From the NCBI GenBank assembly GCA_028534125.1, contig CM052817.1:83268001-83332000 (forward strand): DNA of 64,000 nucleotides, read 5' to 3'. The stretch comes from Lama glama. Lineage: Eukaryota. Each line of letters begins with the position of its first letter. Within the stretch, counting starts at the first letter, position 1. The translations under genes and the position numbers were made by a program. The notes under the pieces were generated by a model. It made no database searches, had not been told where the DNA came from, and saw only the letters and a program-made list of their open reading frames with translations. This document shows positions 39,112 to 51,789 of this stretch, piece after piece.

Positions 39112-40911
39112 ATACTAACTTTGAGAAATTGCAAAACTTCCTATTCCAAATACAATGTATAAAAGAGGTAAAATAAGATTAAGGCATTATTTTTAAAGTA
39201 TCCTTAAGTTTTCCAAAGAAAATATTAATAATCAACAGCTCATACAAGGAATGGACTATCTTAGTAAAGACTGAATATGACTAAAACAGAATAGGATCAA
39301 CAGAACCTGAACATACCCTGCTAAGATTTTTTTTAATTCCTGATGAGAATGAATTGGAAATTAAGTCCACAACTCCTCTGCTCAAATTAATTTTAATTTG
39401 TATCATTATTCCCCAATGTGACTTCCTTCACTCTCAAATTAATCCTCTCAGAGTCAGACACATTTCTAAAGCACTGAATTAATATCCTCTAGATATTACA
39501 GTCCATAGTTCGAATTGTAGAAATATTCTGGTATTCAGGGTGGATATATTATACATTAATAAAAGATTTTTTTCATCTAAAAACGTTATTTCTTTATACA
39601 TGCATGGTTCATTTACATTAGAAAGTTATAGACTGTGAAATTATTTTTAGTAACATAAATTTAAGCATAAAACAAATTAAACTCCATTATCTGGCACGAC
39701 AGTTACGTCAGCCAATAAAAAATTTAGTTTATCTCCCTGTCATTCAGTATCTAGTAGAGTAGTTGGTGATCAGCAACACAAAAATTTAACAATTCTAAGA
39801 AGAAATACATAAACTACTTGCTGTGTTATTCTGGTTACAGACTCTGATAACTATTTTCATGAATTTTAGGAATTTTTTGATTAGAGAGTTCAGCAACACA
39901 GTAAATAACATCATGTAATGTCATAAACTGTAGTCATTTTAGACTATTTCAGAACTTTGCAAATTTACAAACTAACCTAATCTTGCACACGCTTAACTAG
40001 TTCTACCACAACCTAACAAGATCAGGAAAGATCTCAACCTAATCCTAAATATTCCTTTAAGAAAAAAATCACAAAATCAAAATGAAACTAAGAGCTAATT
40101 TTAACATAGCCTAAATTTTCTCATAGGTCACAAGAATTACAGATTTGGAGGAAGACAGTTCATTCTGAACAGGGAAAATGAGACATCACCTTTTTAGTAG
40201 TCCATGTGGGAGCTAGATGCCAGTACAAAAACACTTTTAAATTGACCTATGGGCTAAAACATTTCTATCTCTTTGTTTTCTTCTTTCACTCACAGTCACT
40301 TCTCTGTCTTCTCAGTTGTTAATAAAAAACAAAATGGAAGCAAGACAGAAGTCTAGTCTTGTATCTAGTTAGAGACTGAGCTGTCATATTCATGACTAAG
40401 GAAGCTAAGCTATTGAGTTGAAGCTGGAGCAAAACTCTTCCTCAACCCCTCTGCACAATATTCAACACACAAGAATGGTTGGTTTGTAACTAAACTATCT
40501 CAGCACTTCAAAATTAGCGAATTAGTATTCACACTCTACTCATCAATGCTCTTTGCAGAATGTTATATACACCTCCAACTACAGGGTGTCTATCAAACAT
40601 TATTTATTAAAAACTGCCATACCCTCAGTGAAACCTATACCAAAGGATCAGATGACTAACAGGTAAAGTCAATGACTGATTCCTTTCATCAGAGTTCAGC
40701 ATGAATGAAACATAATATTGTGCACTTTTTGTGTGTCAACACAGGAGACAGTAAGAAAATACTTCTTCCAGAAGTAGGTATGGAAGAGGGAAGTAGGTGG
40801 ATGCTTATGAAAGGGATGGAATGGAGAATTGATTTTTTTTAATCATAAAAGCAAACAGGAATAATGGGTCCTTAAAATGGTGCAAAATTTCTTTGGTGGA
40901 TAATCTTGAAT

Positions 40912-42135
40912 TATTTTTTAATGAATTTTATTTTTTTTAGAGCAGCTTCATGCTCACAGCAAAACTGAGTGGAAAATACGGAGTTCCCATATAATCCCTG
41001 CCTCCACATACATAAACATCCTGTTCCACTACCAACATCCCACACCAGAATGGTACATTTGTTTTAATCTATGAACCAACACTGAACAGTCATTATCACC
41101 CAAATCCATAGTTTACATTAGAGTTAACATTGTGTGTATGATCTATGGGTTTTCACAAATGCATGACATATATCTGCCATCATAGTATCATACAGAATAG
41201 TTAAACTGCCCTAAAAATCCTCTGTGCTCTCCATGCTCATCTCTCCCTATTCTCCAACTCCTGGCAACCACTCATCCTTTTACTATCTCCACAGTTTTGC
41301 CTTTCCCAGATTGTTATAGAGTTAGAATCATGTACAGTTGACTCTTGAATAATATGGGTTTGAACTGTGTGGGGCCACTTACATGTGGAATTTTTTACAA
41401 TACTAAATACTACAGTAATACATAATCCACAACTGATTGAATCTGCAAGTACAGAACCATAGAACTGTAGGAATCACATACTTGGAGGGTGGACTATACA
41501 TTATATGTGTGCTTTCGACTGTGTGGAGGGTCAACACCCCAACCCCCATGTTGTTCAAGGATCAACTGTAAGATGTAGCCTCCCTCACTTAGTAACATAC
41601 ATTTGAGGTTCCTTCATGTCTTTTTGGATTGATAGCTCATTTCCTTTTAGCACTGATTAAGATTCCATTCCCTGGATGTACCACAGTTTATTTATCAATT
41701 AATCTGCTGAAGGACATTTTAATTGCTTCCAGGTTTTGGGCAATAATGATTAAAGCGGCTATAAACATTTGTGTCCTTGTTTTTGTGTGCATACAAGCTT
41801 TCAACTCATTTTGATTACACCACGGAGTATAACTGCTGTATTGTATAGTAAAAGTATGTTTCATTTTGTAAGAACTATATAACTGTTTCCCAAACTGGCT
41901 GTACTATTTTGCATTGCCACCAGCAATGAATGAGAATTCCTATTCCTCCACATCTTCACCAGCCTTTGATATTGTCAGTGTCCCAGATTTTGGCCATTCA
42001 AATAAGAATATATTGTTTTAACTTGTATTTCCCTGATGTCATATGATGTGGAGCAACTCTTCATATGCTCATCTGCCATCTTTATATCTTCTTTGCTGAG
42101 GTTTCTGTTCAGAAGAACTCTTGACCATTTTTATT
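40912..42135 (-). mobile_element. L1MC1-like 3' end, interrupted by a Tigger MITE
   Basis: ttttagagcagc..cacagcaaaactgag...cattatcacccaaatccatagtttacattag; gcattgccaccagcaatgaatgaga. Confidence 0.85.
41335..41568 (+). mobile_element. Tigger2-derived MITE
   Basis: TIRs cagttgactcttgaataatatggg / cccatgttgttcaaggatcaactg with TA on both sides (41333-34, 41569-70). Confidence 0.9.
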
Positions 42136-42339
42136 GGATTTGTTCATATATATGTTCATGAAAGATTTTGGTCTGTAGTTCTTCAGTAATGTCTTTGTCT
42201 GGTTTTGATATTAGGCATTATTAAGCTTTGGTATTAGAATGAGTTAGGAAGTATTTCCTGTTTCTATATTCTGAACCCTTTCTCCTGGACAATTCTTCTG
42301 AATATGTATCTTTTGTAACTTTTAAGCAAAACTTTGGAG

Positions 42340-43170
42340 GATTTTGCTTCCAGCCGACATGGAATAACAGGGACCAGATTTACTCTACAACCTGAAACAA
42401 TAAAACAATTAGACAAAATATATGAAACAATGGTTTTCAAGACACTGGAACCAGTCAACAAAAGACAGTGATTCCTAAGACTTAGAAAACAAAATGAAGT
42501 AAGCTCTGCAATTGCTGGAACTTAACACCTTAGGAGTTTCCAGTCAGCAGCAAAAGAAGGGAGAACCCAGAGTGCTACAGTCTGAATGTTTCTGTCCCCC
42601 AAAAATTCATTTCCTCAAAACCTAATACCAAAGGTGATGGTATTGGAGGCAAGATCTTTGGGAGGTGATTAAGTCATGAAAGCAGAGCCCTCATGAATGG
42701 AATTAGTTCTCTAATACAAGAGTCTCCAGAGAAGTAGCTCACCCCTTCTACCACGTAAGGATGCAATGTGAAGTCTACAACCCAGAACAAGGCCATCCCT
42801 GACTAAGATGTTACTCTGATTTCAGACTTCCAGCCTCCAGACTGTGAGAAATAAATTTTGGTTGTCTGTAAGCTACATAGTCCATGTATTTTGTTACAGC
42901 TGTCTGAACAGACTAACAGGTAAAGTCGAAAAGATTCCCCAAGTTGAGATCATGAAACTGGGACACTGAAGAGGTCAAGATAGGTGAAGTTCACAAATCA
43001 GAGTACCAGAGAAGAGAGAGCTGCACAGAGAGAGAATTCCAGACTTCCATAGAGGGTTTTCATTGAATAATCATGTGAATACTGATCAGCATATGAATGT
43101 GAGCAATCTACTTAAGGCCAAGGAAAGATCTAACCAAAAGGATTAGAGGAAACAGTACCAGCACTCACCA
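42340..43170 (+). mobile_element. Old L1M 5'-region fragment, split by MLT1A
   Basis: ggaataacagggaccagattt...cctgaaacaa...aaatatatgaaacaatggttttcaagacactgga; resumes after 42918. Confidence 0.65.
42573..42918 (+). mobile_element. MLT1A-type MaLR solo LTR
   Basis: tgctacagtctgaatgtttctgtcccc..aattcat...gggaggtgattaagtcatga..gagccctcatgaatgg...cagcctccagactgtgagaaataaat. Confidence 0.9.
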
Positions 43171-43396
43171 AGGGCCAAATATAGACTACTGTATTACTGT
43201 ATTATAAAGGCAATGTATAAATCACTCTTAATTTTAGTGTAAAAGTTAAAAAAGAAATTTAGAATACCTATAGACAAAAATGGATTAATGAACACACAAT
43301 ATAAGAGATGTAAATTGCGTCATCAATAACAGAAACTGCGGGTGAGAAGAAAAGTAAAAATGTAGATGTAACAGAAGTTACGATATTAACACTTTA

Positions 43397-45051
43397 ACAG
43401 ATTTAATGCAATTCCTATCAAATTACCCAGGACATATTTCACAGAACTAGAACAAATCATAATAAAATTTATATGGAACCATCAAAGACCTAGAACTGCC
43501 AAAGCATTACTGAAGAAAAAGAAAGAGGCTGGAGGAATAACTCTCCCAGACTTTAGACAATACTATAGGGCTACAGTCATCAAGACAACATGGTATTGGT
43601 ACAAAAACAGACATACAGACCAGTGGAACAGAATAGAGAGCCCAGAAATGAACTCACAAACTTTTGGTCAACTAATCTTCGACAAAGGAGGCAAGAATAT
43701 ACAATGGAATAAAGACAGTCTCTTCAGCAAATGGTGTTGGGAAAACTGGACAGCAGCATGTAAAACTATGAAGCTAGAACACTCCCTTACACTATACACA
43801 AAAATAAACTCAAAATGAATTAAACATAAGACAAAATACAATAAACCTCCTAGAGGAAAATATAGGCAAAACATTATCTGACATACATCTCAAAAATGTT
43901 CTCCTAGAACAGTCTACTCAAACAATAGAAATAAAAGTAAGAATAAACAAATGGGATCTAATGAAACTTACAAGCTTCTGCACAGCAAAGGAAACCATGA
44001 GTAAAACAAAAAGACAACCTACGGAATGGGAGAAAATTTTTGAAATGAAACCGACAAAGGCTTGATCTCCAGAATATATAAGCAGCTCATATGACTTAAT
44101 AAGAAAAAAATAAACAACCCAATCCAAAAATGGGCAGAAGACCTAAACAAGCAATTCTCCAACGAAGAAATACAAATGATCAACAGGCACATGAGAAAAA
44201 GCTCAATATCACTAATTATCAGAGAAACGAAAATCAAAACTACAATGAGGTATCACCTCACACCAATTAGAATGGCCACCATTCAAAAATCCACAAATGA
44301 CACATGCTGGAGAGGCTGTGGAGAAAAGAGAACCCTCCTACACTGCTGGTGGGGATGCAGTTTGGTGCACCCACTGTGGAAAACAGTATGGAGATTCCTC
44401 AAAAGACTAGGAATAGACTTACCATATGACTCAGTCATGCCGCTCCTGGGCATATATCCAGAAGGAACCTTACTTCAAAAAGACACCTGCACCCCAATGT
44501 TCATAGCAGCACTATTTACAACAGCCAAGACGTGGAAACAGCCTAAATGTCCATCAACAGATGACTGGATAAAGAAGCTGTGGTATATTTATACAATGGA
44601 ATACTATTCAGCCATAAAAACCAACAACATAACGCCATTTGCAGCAACATGGGTGCTCCTGGAGAATGTCATTCTAAGTGAAGTAAGCCAGAAAGAGAAG
44701 AAAAAGTACCATATGAGATACCATATGATAGAAAGGACATAAATACAAAACAGAAACAGACTCACAGATATAGAATAGAAACTTGTGGTTGCCAAGGGGG
44801 CAGAAGGTGGGAAGGGACAGACTGGGATTTCAAAATTTGTAGATACTGACAGGCATATGCAGAATAGATAAATAAGATTATACTGTATAGCACAGGGAAA
44901 TATATACAAGATCTTGTGGTAGCTCACAGTGAAAAAAAATGTAACAATGAATATATATATGTTCATGTATAACTAAAAAATTGTGCTCTACACTGGAATT
45001 TGACACAACATTGTAAAATGACTATAATTCAATAAAAAAAAGTTAAAAAAA
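43397..45051 (+). mobile_element. Relatively young L1, 5'-truncated: ORF2 C-terminus, 3'UTR and A-tail
   Basis: 188-aa ORF 44176-44742 is the ORF2 C-terminal region ([16 protein letters not shown]...[29 protein letters not shown]); AATAAA and A-rich tail at about 45031-45051. Confidence 0.95.
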
Positions 45052-45069
45052 AGTAAGTGGCATCAGTGA

Positions 45070-45540
45070 AAGCACTGAGATGTGAAGCAGCATAGTATCT
45101 TAGAGGAGGGCAAGGTCAGCACTGCTGGAACATAAACAGTACGGATAATGATGGGAAGAGGGGAAATGGATCGGAGTTAGTTATACTAGAGTAAAGATGA
45201 AGACTATGATGACTTTGCATTCTCTGCTAACCTGCTTATTTTAAAAGCCAGAGGAAACTATTGCAAGGTTTTAATTGGAAGAGTCGCTTCATTATTAATA
45301 CCTGCATTTTGAAAGATTAGTACAAGCCAAGCCTGCAGATAGGAAGACCAGACAGAAGCAGCTGCAATGGTCAAAACTTGAGACAATGAAGGTTTGAACC
45401 ATGGCAGGGGAATGGCAGATAAAGGAGAAGTTCAGAAGATGTTTGAGGACAGATATTGGTTGAATTTAGGATCTAAAAATCAATAAGCATGGGTTATTTG
45501 TTGATTGTGGGGAGATAATGAAGGGAGACTTTTAGATGCC
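45070..45540 (-). mobile_element. L2 fragments
   Basis: actattgcaaggttttaa, gcaggaagaccag-like text and gacaatgaaggtttgaaccatggcagggg; purine-rich L2 reverse-complement pattern. Confidence 0.5.
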
Positions 45541-47499
45541 ATGCATGTATTACTTAAAAATACAGAGATAAATTTCAGCCCTTCTGCTTGTCTTCTAGGC
45601 TGCCATTCCTTTCTCCTAATCATCATTCCTCCACCTGCTTCCTGCCTTCCAGACACTTGTTAAAATATTTTGTTTGTTCAAGAAATGCCTTCTCATTCTT
45701 CTCACTATATGCTTATTTCATTATCATCATCTAATTCTCATGTTAACATTTACATGGGCGGGAGATGTGTTCAAATGGATGGACTTCATCTGCCATCCTG
45801 ACCTGATACACAATATACATACCACTTAGTGAAAATCAACATGTGCCTAATTCAGGACTAAACCCTGGTGAAGCACATTCATTTACTGATGGAAAATCAT
45901 GTCTATTTCTTGGCAGGTACAGTTAGTTTAAAATACTTTTCATGTGTATTTTGTTCTCAGATTTTTATTTCAGTAGTATAATCATTGTGGGTATTATTGG
46001 TCAGATTAAATAGGAAATTTTAGAAGTGGAATATTTCATCCACATTTATTTTCTGCCATTTATTTTGCTAGTTTTACCTCTTTTGGTTTAAGCAAGAACA
46101 GCAGCCTGCTCATTTCCATTTTGGTCTAGTGTCAATGTCCACTTCAGAGCACTTCTCATTTCCTCAGAACAAAGCCTTTCTTAAGCCGAGGGATCGTGGT
46201 TAGTGACCACATGGAATGGAAAGGATAAGAGAGGCAGCTAAAGGGACAAGAAACAGCTGGAAACCATTGAAGAAAGCTATAGAAATAAAAACAGGAATAA
46301 AAGTAAGAATATGACTAATGTTTGATATTGAATGTCACAAAATATTTTGGAAGTTTTGAGTTGTCTTTTCCTGGGTAACAGCCTTAAAAATCTATGTCCA
46401 CTGTCTACTTTAAATCTCTTCTGGAATGAGGAGGTGTCATGTCCACATATAAACCAAATCAAAACAGAACAGCAGTCATCAGCAAAGACTAAAATCTTAC
46501 TGTGTGAAGGACAAATGAAGGTTTCTTTTGACAATAAAATGGCTCTGACTTGATATTTTATTGATTTAGTGTTTTGACTTTTGACATCCAATTTGGGAAC
46601 TCTAGCTCAGACCAGTGGGAAATCATAAGGCCTTCTCCCAGATCCATTAATTCAGGGATTCTTGAAGGTCAACTGCTCTTTAGTTTAATTCCTCACTATT
46701 TCATAAAACTGCCTCTCCAATTTCTTGGTATCTCCAACAACAACAAAATAGTATTTGCCAAGATGTAGTAACTTCCAGTCAGATACCACCAAAGGATAAT
46801 AATGGCATGAAGAATATTCACACAGGAAAATACAAATTTTGCCTTCACAGATAAAGTTATTGCTCCAAGAGCATCAGAAACCACATCCTGTTCCTAATGC
46901 TTTCTGTACACCACCCTGAATATTCTGCTGGCATCACAAGACCTCCAACAATGTACTAGTGGAACACAATAGGTCAGCTGGAGAAGGAGATGATGTTTTT
47001 CCACCTAATTATCAAAGCCCTCAGTTTAATGATAAAGGAAAGAAACCTTCAGAGTTCTAATATAACTTGGACTTGATTCAGTGACTCCTGAAGCAGAGAA
47101 AAGATTTCTGTAGGTAGGATAGGGGTTTTGTATGGTATTATTATGTTGATCAAAGGGAAAACTGCCACTCTCCAGTCATTAAACCAAAATGTCTTAAATT
47201 CATGCATGAAAAATAGCAGATATATTTTACAACCAAAATAACAGGACCGAAGATAAACTCACTGCATGTGTGTGGCCTCTAAAAGAGAGGAGTGTTCGTA
47301 TTCTACAGCTACTGACTAATAATTGTCTGTTAGCCAAACCATCACCATCCCAACAGGTATAGTTAGTGATGAGGATTTGTGACTCTCTAACTAACCATGT
47401 TAACTTACATTCATCATAAAGATTCCAGAGTCGTTTTAACAGAAAAAAATAGCATATCTTTATTTCTCTGGTGTTTTGGCATGACTGAAAGATGTGTTT

Positions 47500-47720
47500 T
47501 AATACTTACTCAGACTCTACTGTGTCAGAAACTATGCATGTTGCTTTGCATATGTTATTTCATTCAATTCTGATGGCAATTCTGTGAAGTCTTCTGTATT
47601 ATTCCCATTTTACAAAGGTGGAAACTTATGCTCAGACGGGTTTGATAACAAGTATCACAGCCAACAAATGGTAGGGCTGGGATCTGAACCAAGGTCAACT
47701 AACTATACAACATCACATTG
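47500..47720 (-). mobile_element. MIR SINE
   Basis: ctactgtgtcag..atttcattcaattc...cccattttacaaagg..aaact...gctgggatctgaaccaagg. Confidence 0.8.
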
Positions 47721-47864
47721 CTTCCTCTGGGCTACAATACACACAAAATCTTTTTATTTTCCAGTTGTTTTCCTCTGTTTTCACTCAGAGATCCTTGTAT
47801 GTTTCCTAATAATTTTTACCTAATAATTTTCATAAATTTGTTGATTCCCATGTTTGTTGTCCAT

Positions 47865-48231
47865 AAAACGTAAAGTTAGCAGAAGGAAAGAAATAATAAA
47901 GATCAGGAAGGAAATAAATAAAATAGAGATTAAAAAAAATACTAGAAAAAAATCAATCAAATCATGAGCTGGTTTTTGTGAAAGAGTAAACAAAATCGAC
48001 AAACCTCTGACCAGGCTTACCAAGAAGAAAATAGAAAGGACTTCTATAAACAAAATAAGAAATGAAAGAGGAGAAATTACAATCAATACTAGAGAAATAT
48101 AAAAAGAGAGAGAGAGAAATACTATGAACAATTATATGGCAACAAATTGGACAACCTAGAAGAAATGGACAAGTTTCTAGAAACATACAGTCCATCAAAA
48201 CTGAATCAAGAAGAAACATAATTTGAACAGA
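47865..48231 (+). mobile_element. Internal L1 ORF2 fragment with no tail, flanked by a 17-bp imperfect direct repeat
   Basis: aaagttagcagaaggaaagaaataataaagatcag...gacaacctagaagaaatggacaagtttctagaaacatac; flanks cccatgtttgttgtcca / cccttgtttattgtcca. Confidence 0.9.
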
Positions 48232-48928
48232 CCCTTGTTTATTGTCCACATCATCTACTAGATAGTAACCTCTTTGATAGCTGAGACCACGTCTGCCTTC
48301 TTCATTTTTGTATCTAAAACACCTGGTACAGAGTAGCAGGAACTCAATAAATACTCATTGAAATTAAAGAGTAAGTGATGTTCTCCTCAGTAAAATATCT
48401 GCTCTAGCATACTAGTCAATTTACACTTCCCGGACTGTGCCACGCTCATTTGCCTTTGCGGTCTGGGTCCCATAACGCCACATTCTTGGAAAGAACCTCA
48501 GTCTTCTTTTCCCACACAACTCCTACTGAGCCACAAGGAAATAGCAAAAGGCCTCTCTTGTTCACAGTGAAATGCTGACTCTCCTTTGTTTCTAAATTCA
48601 CGTAACTTCTTTTCTATTCCCTTCATCTAATTCTACTTTGTGAAGTCATTTTTTGGTGTGTAATTTGTTTTTATGAGTGTGCATGTGTTTTTTCCACCTC
48701 TAAGTTAAAAGATATATGAAGTATTGTGTGCTGTAATTCCTTTTCTCTTCCCTAAAAATCTAGCACTTCTATACAAAGTAGGTCCTTTGAGCTAAATAAG
48801 TAAGTAAATGAACACTTAGAAAGCATGAGAAGGTCTTTGTAGAGTATTACAATTAAAAAATGAACTGTAAGTATTATCTGTGGTGAAATAGGTTGTTCAT
48901 GTGAAATTAAGTCAGGGCACTTTATTAC

Positions 48929-48981
48929 CTGGAAGACTGGTTAACTTCAGCCTTTGCTTTTACCTGGACAAACTAATAATC
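48929..48981 (-). other. Candidate non-coding (5'UTR-type) exon, 53 nt; an internal donor would give an 18-nt exon (48964-48981)
   Basis: ctttcttcttacgtatttatAG|GATTATTAGTTTGTCCAG(GTAAAA)...TCTTCCAG|GTAATA; the 53-nt form has stops in all three frames. Confidence 0.3.
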
Positions 48982-50699
48982 CTATAAATACGTAAGAAGA
49001 AAGTATACTAAATGGGGGCAAGCGGTTCCTTGCCCATGCAGGAGTGTACAGTCTTCCCACAGACCTCATGCTCCTTCCAAAAAAACAGAAATGCCGCCAA
49101 TGAATAAAAGACATCCCTTATGTTCTCTCTCCTCTCTCCCCTCAAGCTATCTATTGCTGGCTCCATGTAAAGATGTAGAACAGAAGCAAAAAAGAAATTA
49201 CCAGTGGGGCCTCCAGAGAACTCTAGCTGTTACTGCATAAAGGATACACAAATAAATCATTATTTCATCATTCCCAACTGCCTGCAGAGAAAATTCAACA
49301 GCTCTAACCTGTCTTAATTTAGATTGCCAATAAACAACAAATGAATGTTAGAGCTAAAAAAAAAACTGAAGCTCTGAAGAAGCAGCATGTGTTACTTCAA
49401 ATGAGATGAAGCTTGAAATGTTCAATTTGTTGAATATCTCTTCACACAACTGTACATGGCTAAATTTTCCAGAGTAACAAATAGCCACTGAAATAGTATC
49501 CTCTGCTGTATTCAGAGATGTCTGGCTCAGTAGGTTGTGATTCAGCCCCTCAGGTAAGTTCAGGTTTGACATGGTTTACAAATGTCAAGTATGTAGACCC
49601 TTGTTACAGCAGATGAAATCATTCCACAGTCCTAGCAGCTAGAGAAGACCTGGTCCTTCAGTGTCCAGCTCCATCCATGCAGCTGAGCTCATGTTGCTGA
49701 CTTCCACTAAGAAAACAGACTAAGGGGCCTCAAGACTCAAAGGCAAAATATAAATTTAAAAAATAATAATACACTCATGGTTCCAACTGTCCACACATTC
49801 TCAACTAGGTTGCACCTATGTTACATTACTCAGCATGTGGTTTCAATTTTAACAACAACGCACATTTGTTCAAGAGCATGCTAGCTGTTAACTTCACTTC
49901 TCACTGTGTTTAAATATGCCATGGCCTGTGACTCCATTTTAGGGGTCAAATGTCTGGCATGTGCCTGCTATGTTATGGTCGGTATAATCTTATAGATTAT
50001 CCAAGCTACAGAGCCAGAATCTTTGATGTCAAAAAGGCCTCTGTATATGTGATAGGTACATAATGTATACCTGTATATATGAACAAGAAGAAAGGCATAA
50101 AGTAGAAAAAAGGACAAACAACCCATCAGCATGAAAAGCCATTCCCTTGCTATTTCTGGACTGACTGACACACAGCAGTGTTAAGCTTTGCTCCCTTTTC
50201 AAAATATAGAAGCCAAGCTGACCACCTTTAACTGTTGTTCACTTGGAGACTTCTTTCTTCACAATGAAGGATTATATTACACTTCAGAATTTCACAGCAG
50301 AATTTGATACCACTTGGTATTTATCGAAACATTCATGTTCACAGCATTAAGTATTTCAACATTCATGATTTATGGTTCTCTCACCTCTATAGTTTTAGCT
50401 ATAGACTCTTGAAGGGGACATAAAAAGTTAAAAGGAATTCACTGATCCTACTCCAAAGAGTATCCCTTTATGTTCAGCTATTAAGGACTTGTATGTTGTA
50501 ACAGAACATTGTGACTTGATTTCCCTAAAAAACAAGGCTCTAGAAATCACATGAGAATTTTTGTTTTTTGGAAAAAAACTAAAGGTAGTTTCCTGAAGCT
50601 CAAGAATAATTTTCTAATTCTTAGGAACTCCTTTCCAGTAGTGTGTTTTCCTTCCACCATCTTATTCTTCTTCATCTTTACTACCATTAGGTATAAACG

Positions 50700-50915
50700 T
50701 AGATGCAGTCAAGTAAAGAGCGTTATCTTCATATTAGAAGATCTGAATACTGATTCCAGCTCTATAACTCCCTAGCCATGATAGCTTATTCAACTCATTA
50801 AAATCATTTATGACTGGGGTTCCTCAAATATTAAATGGAATCATAATTCCTCCTTACAGGGTGAATCAGAAGATGAAATTAGATGGAATAATAACCACAG
50901 AAATGTTAAATCATG
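50700..50915 (+). mobile_element. MIR SINE
   Basis: agaagatctgaat..gattccagctct...ttcctcaaatattaaatggaatcataat..ccttacagggtg. Confidence 0.7.
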
Positions 50916-51789
50916 GACCAAAGATTCAAAAAGATCAAAGTTTGAGAAACTTAGTTTCTTGTGGCTACCAGATGAACAAAGAAAAGAGCAACAGGATAAA
51001 AAATGCTGGAGGAGGAGAAAATTTGAGAACACTAACCACAACAACAGCAATCATTTATATTTAGAGATATCTCTACTTTGCATAGTAAAAAATAATAATA
51101 ATAATAATAAATAAGCCTTCCAGACCTCACTGCAAGGAACAAGAGCTATGCTGCAGCTACAAGACTGTCACACAGTGTTGCCATCCCTTAGGTTTCACGG
51201 CATCACAGGAGGCAGTTCAGACCAACTATCCAGTCACTGATTGGCCACAGACCTCTTTTGAATTTAATCCCAAATCAAAATGAGTCCAACTAAAGCTTTA
51301 AATAACAAAGCATACATTAAAGTTCATCTGCCACCATTGTTCATCCCTCCCAAATGTTCTCAGTCCCCAAATCCCATTCTCCATTTAGTGATACACTCCC
51401 TCAATTTATACCTTTGAATGAGTATTACATCCCAGCAGAACCAACTCAGAGGTATCTGAACCTAAATCCTATTTATTCTTCCCTTTCTCTCCCACTAAGC
51501 CAATTCATCAAGAAATCAAGATTTATTTAGGATAGGGCTTCCTCTGAGGTTCCTCCAATTAAGTCCTATTTACATTTCATAATTTAATTAGTGCATTCAA
51601 AGTAAGCTCCTCTGCCTCCGACAATGAACAGATCACTCTCTCACAAAAGATGCAGAGAGGATGACGGCATTTGTTTTTGTGTTCTCAGGGTCTATGATCC
51701 TGACAGGGGTCACTTTTTTCAGAAAAATTACCAGTTAGAATGGGAACCTTATTTCCAACCATGGCCTGCTTTTCACCATATACAGAATT

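Noticed and set aside
44176..44742. 188-aa ORF as a host gene
   Set aside because: It is the L1 ORF2 C-terminus inside a 5'-truncated element
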